DNA from: an uncultured Nitrososphaerota archaeon | GTDB lineage: Archaea > Asgardarchaeota > Njordarchaeia > Njordarchaeales > Njordarchaeaceae | Assembly: GCA_964518475.1 (NCBI GenBank) | Contig: CAZFGR010000037.1 | Location: 1 to 12,553 of the forward strand | Length of the DNA stretch: 12,553 nucleotides | Direction: 5' to 3' | In this document: piece by piece, positions 1-6,916 of the stretch | How positions within the stretch are numbered: position 1 is the first letter of the stretch | Layout of the letters: every line of letters begins with the position of its first letter | The notes under the pieces: model-generated | Databases searched by the model: none | Told to the model about the DNA's origin: nothing | What the model saw: the letters and a program-made list of their open reading frames with translations, nothing else | Translations under genes and position numbers: made by a program

Positions 1-259
1 ATCTTCTCATATATCTCTCTTGATACTCTCTTTCTATACCGCCACCACAACCGATGTTCATAAAGACCAAATCATCATCTTTAATTTCCTTCGGATCTAT
101 AAGCCTTGGCTTATATCCCTGTTCCAATACGGGATCTACTAGCTCATTGAATTCTTCATAGGTTAGCGCTGAAGCTCCACCTCCAGTTGCTAGTGCTGCT
201 GCACCAAGTATTAATGCCCACATATCATTCTTCTCTAGTTCCCTCATTTTAGCCACCAT
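1..259 (-). CDS. DUF917-family protein (S-methyl thiohydantoin desulfurase-like), N-terminal part; runs off the window edge
   Basis: Not in the ORF track. Manual translation from ATG 259 (alternative in-frame ATG 247 preceded by GGTGG): MVAKMRELEKNDMWALILGAAALATGGGASALTYEEFNELVDPVLEQGYKPRLIDPKEIKDDDLVFMNIGCGGGIEREYQERYMR. It aligns by eye with the N-terminus of the 1639-2778 protein (GAEILGTGGGG...IRIIDPKDVPEDAVIVGAAGVGGGVEEE). Confidence 0.85.
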   Translation of the reverse strand, partial: MVAKMRELEKNDMWALILGAAALATGGGASALTYEEFNELVDPVLEQGYKPRLIDPKEIKDDDLVFMNIGCGGGIEREYQERYMRR

Positions 260-292
260 AATTTAGTAGACTGAAAGATTTTTAAATTTTAT

Positions 293-313
293 GAGAAATA
301 AATAAAAGGGGGG
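293..313 (-). terminator. Probable archaeal pyrimidine/oligo-T terminator after the M20 gene
   Basis: Minus strand reads CCCCCCTTTTATTTATTTCTC about 10 nt after the stop codon at 323. Confidence 0.4.
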
Positions 314-322
314 TGTAGATGA

Positions 323-1522
323 CTATTTGTTTAAATAGCCTAATTTAGTTGGCAGAATTGCGAAAACTTTTGCAAGAGTTGTTAACTCTTCCACCGTTAT
401 ATATTCATCTGCCATATGACAACGTTTCTCGTCACCCATGCTGAAGACTGGTGCAGGTATACCACTTAATAGAAAGAGTTTAGCAACAGTTATCCCTCCG
501 ATTCCGAAGCATCTTGGCTTATAACCCGCTACATCATTTATAGTATCAGATAATAATTTCACTATTGGTTCATTCTCCGACATCGATGTAGCTGGTATCG
601 ACCTTGAAACCTCAACAACCACATTTATCTCTGGATCATTTTCCTCTGTCCTTACTTTTTCAATAAAGTTCTCCAGGTCTCTTTTTACTGTTTCTTGATT
701 TTGCCCTGGGACTATTCTGATATCTAGCTGGGCCTCACAGGAAGGTGGAACCACATTTACTGCCACTCCACCTTTTATTGTCCCTACATTCAATGTCGGT
801 TTCCCTAATAGTGGATCTGGTTTATATGTGAATTCAAATTCATCAAGTCTTGCCAAGATTTTTGCCAATTTCACGATGGCATTTATTCCCTGTTCAGGCA
901 TACTTCCATGTGCTTGTTTGCCTCTAGAAATTAACTTTGTTCCAACAGCACCCTTTTCAGCTATTTCAATATTTCCATTAGTTGCCTCTGCTACAAGAAC
1001 ATAGTCTGGATTTATGAGTTTCTCTTCTAGGAGATATCTAACTCCATACATGCTTCCACGTTCTTCATCAGCGACACCAGCTATCGATATAGTTCCATCA
1101 AATTTTACATCCAATTCTTTAATAGCTCTCGCAGCTATCAGAGCAGCTGCTAATGGACCTTTGTCATCAACTGTTCCTCTTCCATATATTTTATTATCTT
1201 TAATCGTCGTTTTGAAGGGGGGATAACTCCAGCCTTCTCCCTCAGGCACAACATCTAAATGTGCAATTATCATTAAATGAGGAGAACCACTACCAATCTT
1301 CCCGATTATATTTGTTCTTCCCTCAGCTTTTTCATAAATTTCATATGGAATATCTAGCTTATTGAATTCTTCTTCAACTATTTTTGCAGCTTCTATTTCA
1401 TTTCCAGGTGGATTCACTGTTTTTGCCCTTATTAATCTATCTAGAAGATCTATCAAATCTTTCTGATGTTCTTCGACATAACTTAATAACTCTTCTTTGT
1501 TAGTTGTTGAAGAACATCCCAT
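323..1522 (-). CDS. M20-family metallopeptidase/amidohydrolase (ArgE/DapE-like deacylase)
   Basis: Motifs AHLDVVP, IYGRGTVDDKG, ADEE, AE, QAHGS, GG-x-AVNVVP, DIR and C-terminal H-x-ADE. The start is placed at ATG 1522 (GAGGGG upstream) rather than TTG 1537. The substrate cannot be determined. Confidence 0.93.
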   Translation of the reverse strand: MGCSSTTNKEELLSYVEEHQKDLIDLLDRLIRAKTVNPPGNEIEAAKIVEEEFNKLDIPYEIYEKAEGRTNIIGKIGSGSPHLMIIAHLDVVPEGEGWSYPPFKTTIKDNKIYGRGTVDDKGPLAAALIAARAIKELDVKFDGTISIAGVADEERGSMYGVRYLLEEKLINPDYVLVAEATNGNIEIAEKGAVGTKLISRGKQAHGSMPEQGINAIVKLAKILARLDEFEFTYKPDPLLGKPTLNVGTIKGGVAVNVVPPSCEAQLDIRIVPGQNQETVKRDLENFIEKVRTEENDPEINVVVEVSRSIPATSMSENEPIVKLLSDTINDVAGYKPRCFGIGGITVAKLFLLSGIPAPVFSMGDEKRCHMADEYITVEELTTLAKVFAILPTKLGYLNK

Positions 1523-1549
1523 TACCAATCCCCTCAAAATTAGAGGCAG

Positions 1550-1578
1550 TTAACTTAAAAATTTTATCCTTAAGTTAA
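1550..1578. promoter_or_regulatory. Perfect 9-bp inverted repeat TTAACTTAA-N11-TTAAGTTAA in a divergent promoter region; putative operator overlapping the M20 gene BRE/TATA
   Basis: Arms at 1550-1558 and 1570-1578 are exact reverse complements. The minus-strand GATAAAA-TTTTTAAG BRE/TATA-like element lies inside it. Confidence 0.5.
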
Positions 1579-1597
1579 ATTCTCTTCAATCTTTCAA

Positions 1598-1615
1598 TGA
1601 AAAATTTTTTAAAAA
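1598..1615 (+). promoter_or_regulatory. BRE/TATA-like promoter for the DUF917 gene
   Basis: TGAAAAA followed by TTTTTTAAAA (1605-1614), about 25 nt upstream of ATG 1639, consistent with a leaderless archaeal mRNA. Confidence 0.5.
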
Positions 1616-1638
1616 GGAACCCCTTTCTTAACGATGAT

Positions 1639-2778
1639 ATGACGAAAGAGAAGATTCTCTCTGATCAGGATATTGAGGACTTTCTGATAGGTGCCGAGAT
1701 CCTGGGTACTGGTGGTGGCGGTGGACGAAGATGGGCTGAATCTATGTTAAAAATAATGAGGGAAAAGGGAAAGAAAATTAGGATCATAGATCCAAAAGAT
1801 GTACCTGAAGATGCAGTTATTGTTGGTGCTGCAGGAGTTGGAGGAGGAGTGGAGGAAGAGATCAGGAAGAAAATACAGCAGAAATTCGGTGCAATGCCAA
1901 GTTTGGAGAGTTTTATGGAGCGAGCATCATTAGCTGAAAAGTTAATGGTCGGATACCTCGGTGAAGAGATATATGGATATCTACCTTTTGAATTAGGATG
2001 TGGAAACACGATACTTCCAGCAGTTATGGCAGCATTAGGAGATAAACCAGTTATAGATGGAGATTGCAATGGACGAGCAGTTCCAGAAGTGGAGTTATGC
2101 ACGCTAAATGTGGTAGGCCTACCCTTTACTCCAATAGCCCTCGTGACACCCTGGGGAGAGACAATGATCATTAAGAAGGTATTTGATTACAGCAGAGCTG
2201 AGGACTTCTGTAGGGCGATAGCGGTGATTTCAGGTGGAAGTAGCTTAATTGTAAGTGCGCCTATTAGAGGCAAGGTACTCCCCGATTCCATAGTTCTAAA
2301 CACTATATCCAAATCCATAAAATTGGGGAGAGCTATAAGAGAAGCAAGAGATAAGGGAAAGGACCCCATCGAGGCAGCGCTTCAGGCGTTGGATGATGCC
2401 TTTCTCCTCTTCAGGGGGAAGGTCACCCACTTCGAGAGGGAGGAGCGCGGAGGCTTCATGTGGGGAGAGCATAGATATGAGGGAACAGATGAATTCAAGG
2501 GTAGAAAATTCCGTATCTGGTATAAGAATGAACATTTAATATCATGGCTCGATGATCAACCATATGTAACATGCCCAGATCTCCTCTGCGTCTTAGATGC
2601 AAAGACGGGGCAGGGACTCTCAAATTGGGGCGAAGACTTCTACGAGGGAAGAGAGGTTGCGATCATAGGCGTGAAGGCAGATAGACTCTGGCGTACGGAG
2701 AGAGGACTCTCCATCTTAAATCCAAAGCACTTCGGCTTCGATATAGAGTACAAACCCATTGAAACCCTGGTGAAGTAA
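1639..2778 (+). CDS. DUF917-family protein (S-methyl thiohydantoin desulfurase-like)
   Basis: Hallmark motifs GA-x-ILGTGGGG, E-x-G-x-GN, P-x-IDGD-x-NGRAVPE, KNE-x-L and PDL-x-CVLD. The start is probably ATG 1639; the ORF-track ATG 1597 overlaps the promoter. Confidence 0.9.
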   Translation: MTKEKILSDQDIEDFLIGAEILGTGGGGGRRWAESMLKIMREKGKKIRIIDPKDVPEDAVIVGAAGVGGGVEEEIRKKIQQKFGAMPSLESFMERASLAEKLMVGYLGEEIYGYLPFELGCGNTILPAVMAALGDKPVIDGDCNGRAVPEVELCTLNVVGLPFTPIALVTPWGETMIIKKVFDYSRAEDFCRAIAVISGGSSLIVSAPIRGKVLPDSIVLNTISKSIKLGRAIREARDKGKDPIEAALQALDDAFLLFRGKVTHFEREERGGFMWGEHRYEGTDEFKGRKFRIWYKNEHLISWLDDQPYVTCPDLLCVLDAKTGQGLSNWGEDFYEGREVAIIGVKADRLWRTERGLSILNPKHFGFDIEYKPIETLVK

Positions 2779-2788
2779 TTAGAGCTCC

Positions 2789-2834
2789 TTCTTTTTATTA
2801 AATTTTTATTTAATTGAAATTAATTGAAATAAAT
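2789..2834. terminator. AT-rich region between convergent genes; likely terminator(s)
   Basis: TTCTTTTT and TTTTT runs follow the stop at 2778. Includes a 10-bp tandem duplication TAATTGAAAT x2 (2811-2830). Confidence 0.4.
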
Positions 2835-2846
2835 AGAGTCGAAGGG

Positions 2847-3992
2847 TTATTCCTCCAGGATCTCCACATTTGCTCTTGGTACGATAACTTTACCTATATC
2901 TAACTCTACTTCCACTACTCGTACCATCGACTCAGTTTCTATTTTTTGTAAATGCACCGGTAGACTCACAACAGTACCAATTTTTCCAAAGTATGGTTCA
3001 CGAATTATTCTCACTAACGTTCCTGGTTTCATGCCTTTTGATAACTCTATTTCTCTATCTGAAACTTCAGAGATGTATTTCTCATTTGGTATTATAATTT
3101 CAGGTCTCATTACTCCTGCCCTAATTTGTGTCGCCCCATTTATGGCAGCTTCATATCCATCAAATTCCTTTAATATATTGAAAACTCTTTTTGACATTGG
3201 CATTTTTCCAAATCCCTCTGTAATTATCAAAGTTGTATTTATTTTTTCATGACCTGTAATTGCAACACCTATTTCATACCCCAGGAAATCAGTCACAGTT
3301 TGACCTTTTATACCTCCAACCACTATCCCCCTAACGCCTAATTTCTCGGCCTTTTTCAAAGCGTCTAAAGTTACAAGGCTCCCTCCAACGATTATTTTTC
3401 CTTTGTGTTCATTTTTAATCATGTCTTCCTCTAATATATCATCTGGGGAATCAACTAACACACAGATTTCTCCGTGCTTTTCTCCTCCTATGCCGAAGAT
3501 TCCCTGAATGAAGGCCCCAAAACATTCTATTTCTACTCCCCTCTTTGGGATAATTTTTTTAACTTCACCTGGGATATATGCATTTATTTCTATTGGATGT
3601 GGCATCTCTCTTATAATTATTTGTCCAGTTATATCAGACACTGATTCAATTACCCCTTTAATAGGTGAACGAACATATTTTTTTATTAAGCCCCAAAATG
3701 GCGTATATTTAGCTATTATTTCATTTTCTTCCACTATATCCCCAACTTTTTTTACCATTAATTTTGGAAGCACCTCTGTTGGAACGCCCAATATCTCATA
3801 TGCCTTTATTATATATGGTTTGCCTAGAATTGATGATCTTGCTACTATCGTTTCAAAATTAACTTTATCTCCAACTTTTACAGTTACCTCCCCATCGATT
3901 GGAAGTAGTCTCGTTTTTCTAATCCTCATTCCTTTTTTAACCTTTAATCCAGGAGTATATGCATGTGTTTCTTTAGTTGTTTTCTCACTCAT
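2847..3992 (-). CDS. Conserved hypothetical protein, partner of the GlmL-like ATPase: barrel-sandwich hybrid repeats, swivelling beta/beta/alpha-like domain and C-terminal KOW motif
   Basis: Two hybrid-motif-like segments (GEVTVKVGDKV...IVAR and LMVKKVGDIVEENEIIAK...VRSPIKGVIESV), a central GKIIVGG...GVRGIVVGG...TLIITEGFG...GYEAAING region, and a C-terminal KPGTLVRIIREPYFGKIGTV KOW. ATG 3992 overlaps the upstream stop (ATGAGTGA) and has the RBS GAGGGTGA. Confidence 0.8.
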   Translation of the reverse strand: MSEKTTKETHAYTPGLKVKKGMRIRKTRLLPIDGEVTVKVGDKVNFETIVARSSILGKPYIIKAYEILGVPTEVLPKLMVKKVGDIVEENEIIAKYTPFWGLIKKYVRSPIKGVIESVSDITGQIIIREMPHPIEINAYIPGEVKKIIPKRGVEIECFGAFIQGIFGIGGEKHGEICVLVDSPDDILEEDMIKNEHKGKIIVGGSLVTLDALKKAEKLGVRGIVVGGIKGQTVTDFLGYEIGVAITGHEKINTTLIITEGFGKMPMSKRVFNILKEFDGYEAAINGATQIRAGVMRPEIIIPNEKYISEVSDREIELSKGMKPGTLVRIIREPYFGKIGTVVSLPVHLQKIETESMVRVVEVELDIGKVIVPRANVEILEE

Positions 3993-5889
3993 TAATCTCA
4001 CCCTCCCATTTTTCAATTATCTCTTTAGGATAGGCATCTAAATTACTAAACCATTTTAATAGAGTTCTCTTTCTTTCATCTTCTTCAGAAGGTAAAGTGA
4101 GAGGCCTTCCTCTTGCATCTATAAGTATACCGACGACTCCACCTTCCACAGTGGCCTCTCTAGATTTTCCAGGACCATTACCAACGTCTAATCCACCTCT
4201 TGGATCGATGAAAACTTTAGCTTTTTGTCTTTCTTCAAGAGATATTCGAATGATGTCGCCGTATTCTACCTCTTTCTCTATTGTTTCTCCATTGGGCATC
4301 TCAATCCTTACATTCAATGCTGGCTCTGTTTTATTCAATGTTCCAGCTGGAGCTATCACAGTTCCAAGTCTCACTAAGCAATCTTTATCAAATATATTCC
4401 AAGCTATTTCTGGAAATGCCTTGGATAAAACCCCTAAGTGTGGCATCATAAATACGCTATCCTGATAAATCTTTGTTACACCCTCTGGTTGGAAGGCGTC
4501 AGTTAAAATCAACATTGATTGTACTCTTCTTGGTGCATGCGATAATAATCCACCAGTTCCAGCGATTATTCCTATTTTCATCATTTCTATGTAAGTTTCC
4601 TTTAAACTGTATTCCAATAGATCTCCTATTGTTCTATCTCTTCTTAATGCACCCTTTAATCTAGTCGCTATAGTCTTATGGTGAATGAATCCTAATCTTA
4701 TGGCTTCTCTTGCAACAGCATGTTCAACTACCAGAGATTCTATTGTTTGTGGAATTGTTGTTGGTCGGATCATCTTATTTCTTAACATATCAATTAATTC
4801 CTCTTTCTCTATGTAAAATGGAACCCAGCGAATTATATTATCTATGCCAGCTTCCTTCATTACATTACATATACTGTAACTCATTCCTAGATTTGCACTT
4901 ACACTTCTCACGAATTTACCGTCAAAGACAGAGTATATATTTGTTGTAGCTCCTCCAAGACCAACCCCTAAGAGATTTTTCTTTTCCATGTATGCAATTA
5001 ATTGCATTGCCATTCCTTCTCCAGCCGGAGTGGGAAGAATATCTAGATCTGTCCAACTCATTAGTTCCGGATAACCTGGAGCATGAGACATCACATGTTC
5101 CATGAAGAGTTCGTGAATGGCATTTCTAGCTGGTTCGATGTTTTCTATCTCTAAAACTGGTCTTATATTATCGACTATTGATAATGCAAATTTATCTCCC
5201 ATTAATTTCTTTATTTCTGGACGAACATCTTTATTACCAGCATAGACTATAGGTAGTTTATAATCTTCACCTAATCTAGGTTTTGGATCTGATGCTGTGA
5301 TCAATTCAGCGATCTGCATGACCAAGGTTTTTGTACCTCCATCGGTTCCACCGGCTAACAATATCATATCTGGTCGTAGATGACGTATCTTCTCTATCTT
5401 CTCATAATCTGGAACTCCATCATCGACAGCTATGACATCCATGACGATGGCGCCGGCTCCAAGGGCGGCCCTATTGGCGCTCTCCGCCGTCATCGTCTTG
5501 ATTACTCCGGCCACCATCATCTGAAGCCCTCCACCAGCGCTGCTGGTGGAGCAGTAAAAGTCGACTCCCCGCCCCTTTGAATGAGGCTTAATAATTTTGC
5601 CATCTGGAGACAGAATCTGTAGGCCGGTTAGATCCTCTATCTCTCTTATAGCGTTTCTTACACCTAAAATTACGTTTTCATACGGCGCTTCCACAGTTGT
5701 CGGGGCTTCTCCACTTATAACGTATCTCCATTCACCTTTAATCTTCTTAAATAATCTAGCCTTGGTGGTTGTGCTCCCAACATCCGTCACTAGGATATAT
5801 TCCATCTCCTCCTCAGATTTAGGAAGCCTACGTATCGCCTTCTCATCTCTTTTCCAAATCATAGTTTTAATGGGTTTTGACAAGTTCAT
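3985..5889 (-). CDS. GlmL/MutL-like (glutamate mutase L family) ASKHA/actin-fold ATPase, long form
   Basis: Phosphate-1 DVGSTTTK, family motifs APTTVE, SSAGGGL, A-x-RAALGAGA, PDMILLAGGTDGG, YAGN, NIRPVLE, PTP, phosphate-2 GLGGATTN, RSVSANLGMSYS and adenosine motif GTGGLL. It has an extra C-terminal ~120 aa ending in GG-x-VGILIDARGRPL. The exact start is uncertain (5889 or a downstream ATG). Not the DNA-repair MutL. Confidence 0.85.
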   Translation of the reverse strand: MNLSKPIKTMIWKRDEKAIRRLPKSEEEMEYILVTDVGSTTTKARLFKKIKGEWRYVISGEAPTTVEAPYENVILGVRNAIREIEDLTGLQILSPDGKIIKPHSKGRGVDFYCSTSSAGGGLQMMVAGVIKTMTAESANRAALGAGAIVMDVIAVDDGVPDYEKIEKIRHLRPDMILLAGGTDGGTKTLVMQIAELITASDPKPRLGEDYKLPIVYAGNKDVRPEIKKLMGDKFALSIVDNIRPVLEIENIEPARNAIHELFMEHVMSHAPGYPELMSWTDLDILPTPAGEGMAMQLIAYMEKKNLLGVGLGGATTNIYSVFDGKFVRSVSANLGMSYSICNVMKEAGIDNIIRWVPFYIEKEELIDMLRNKMIRPTTIPQTIESLVVEHAVAREAIRLGFIHHKTIATRLKGALRRDRTIGDLLEYSLKETYIEMMKIGIIAGTGGLLSHAPRRVQSMLILTDAFQPEGVTKIYQDSVFMMPHLGVLSKAFPEIAWNIFDKDCLVRLGTVIAPAGTLNKTEPALNVRIEMPNGETIEKEVEYGDIIRISLEERQKAKVFIDPRGGLDVGNGPGKSREATVEGGVVGILIDARGRPLTLPSEEDERKRTLLKWFSNLDAYPKEIIEKWEGEINE

Positions 5890-5924
5890 TCACCCGAAGT
5901 CTTTCCATAATAGGAGGAAAGATT

Positions 5925-5944
5925 TGATTTATAAGTTATCCTTT
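5925..5944 (-). promoter_or_regulatory. BRE/TATA promoter for the glmL-like/KOW gene pair
   Basis: Minus strand AAAGGATAAC-TTATAAAT (TATA at 5927-5934). Confidence 0.5.
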
Positions 5945-6025
5945 TAGCTTTAGATGGAAACTTAATTCAAAGGGTGAAGGCTCTTATAAGATTTTTAAGA
6001 GACTTTAGATACTTATATTATAATA

Positions 6026-6529
6026 ATGGATATCCAACCAATTATAAAAATCCATGAAAAACACCGGGAGATAATGGTTTTCATTTATTCCATCGCAATT
6101 ATTATTTTTACATTTTTTATCGCGAGAGGGATCTCCTCTAGAAGCTATTTGAGAGCTGATCTGACATGTTACACGGTGTTGCATGGATATACGGCATATG
6201 ATCCGTTATTAGTAGGTGAAAATGTGAGTTGGATTGGTTCATGGGGACGTGAGGGAAGTATTGTTATTGAAGGTTGGATATATAATTTGGGTCCTGAGGA
6301 TGTAAATGTGACTCTTCATCTATGGATTTATGATGGAACTAAAAATGGAGGGGGAATAGGTTGCAATCAATCAGAATACTGGCAAAGTAATTATATACCG
6401 ATAGGAGTCGTACCAAAACATGGTAAAAAATGGATTCACATAGAAAAACGTTATAATCCATTTGACCCCACGACGGCTTCCTTCGATTATGAACTCATTG
6501 CAAAGCCCCTTTTTTATAGTGGCCCTTAA
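6026..6529 (+). CDS. Hypothetical membrane-anchored protein with a predicted beta-rich extracellular domain
   Basis: 167-aa ORF with one hydrophobic N-terminal helix (IMVFIYSIAIIIFTFFIA), then alternating beta-strand-like segments (SIVIEGWIYNLG, VNVTLHLWIYDG). Its stop overlaps the convergent gene stop (TTAA 6526-6529). Confidence 0.65.
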   Translation: MDIQPIIKIHEKHREIMVFIYSIAIIIFTFFIARGISSRSYLRADLTCYTVLHGYTAYDPLLVGENVSWIGSWGREGSIVIEGWIYNLGPEDVNVTLHLWIYDGTKNGGGIGCNQSEYWQSNYIPIGVVPKHGKKWIHIEKRYNPFDPTTASFDYELIAKPLFYSGP

Positions 6530-6873
6530 TTCGAGCTCCCTTTAAAGAAATTGAAAAATACTCTACGAAGGAAACCCGATTTCGATTTGGTTTTTTGTTC
6601 TTTCATTTTTTTCTCTTTATGTAGTTTTTTCAATTTCTTAATTAAAGCTTCTATATTCTCAATCTTTCCAAAGGTATCAACAAATAAATATCCATATTCA
6701 TCTAATAATGGAAGAAATGGAGCTAAATAAAAATAAGCTAATTCTCCCCCAATCATTGATAGGGGTTTTATTGTTTGAAGAATGAAGATAGCCAAATCTT
6801 CCATGTCTAAGTCTGATATTTTTTGAGCGACTTTATCTATTAATTCTCTTTCCTCATCAATTGACATCTTCAT
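6526..6873 (-). CDS. Small conserved hypothetical helical protein (KPLS-x-IG motif)
   Basis: 115-aa ORF with LIDKVAQKI...AIFILQTIKPLSMIGGELAYFYLAPFL and a basic C-tail. Preceded by a CCAAAAA-TTTTTTATTATA promoter-like element. Confidence 0.75.
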   Translation of the reverse strand: MKMSIDEERELIDKVAQKISDLDMEDLAIFILQTIKPLSMIGGELAYFYLAPFLPLLDEYGYLFVDTFGKIENIEALIKKLKKLHKEKKMKEQKTKSKSGFLRRVFFNFFKGSSN

Positions 6874-6887
6874 AAATTAAGGAGAAT

Positions 6888-6908
6888 GGTATAATAAAAA
6901 ATTTTTGG
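6888..6908 (-). promoter_or_regulatory. Oligo-T tract that could serve as terminator of the membrane operon and/or BRE/TATA for the 115-aa gene
   Basis: Minus strand CCAAAAATTTTTTTATTATAC, just downstream of stop 6917 and about 15-30 nt upstream of ATG 6873. Confidence 0.35.
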
Positions 6909-6916
6909 ATCTCTTT

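Noticed and set aside
2811-2830. TAATTGAAAT x2, containing ATTGAAA like the 3' end of many CRISPR repeats
   Set aside because: Only two abutting 10-bp copies, with no spacers and no cas genes; a simple slippage duplication in an AT-rich terminator region.
2847-3992. RnfC/NqrA or NusG-like assignment from the hybrid and KOW motifs
   Set aside because: No Fe-S cysteine motifs or FMN/NADH-binding domain, no NGN domain, and no other Rnf/Nqr subunits recognisable.
3985-5889. Calling this a glutamate mutase/methylaspartate pathway locus or DNA mismatch-repair MutL
   Set aside because: No mutase S/E subunits or methylaspartate ammonia-lyase in the window; the motifs are ASKHA type, not the GHKL type of repair MutL.
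1014-5947. Antisense ORFs 1014-1226, 1665-2171, 2187-2369, 2296-2535, 3031-3252, 3508-4041, 4097-4465, 4473-4664, 4710-4949, 5380-5580, 5597-5947
   Set aside because: They lie opposite well-supported genes, are mostly Ser/Pro/Ile/Leu-rich shadow translations, and show no recognisable motifs.
5981-6001. Short inverted repeat CTCTTA-N9-TAAGAG upstream of the 167-aa gene
   Set aside because: Six-bp arms in AT-rich DNA are expected by chance.
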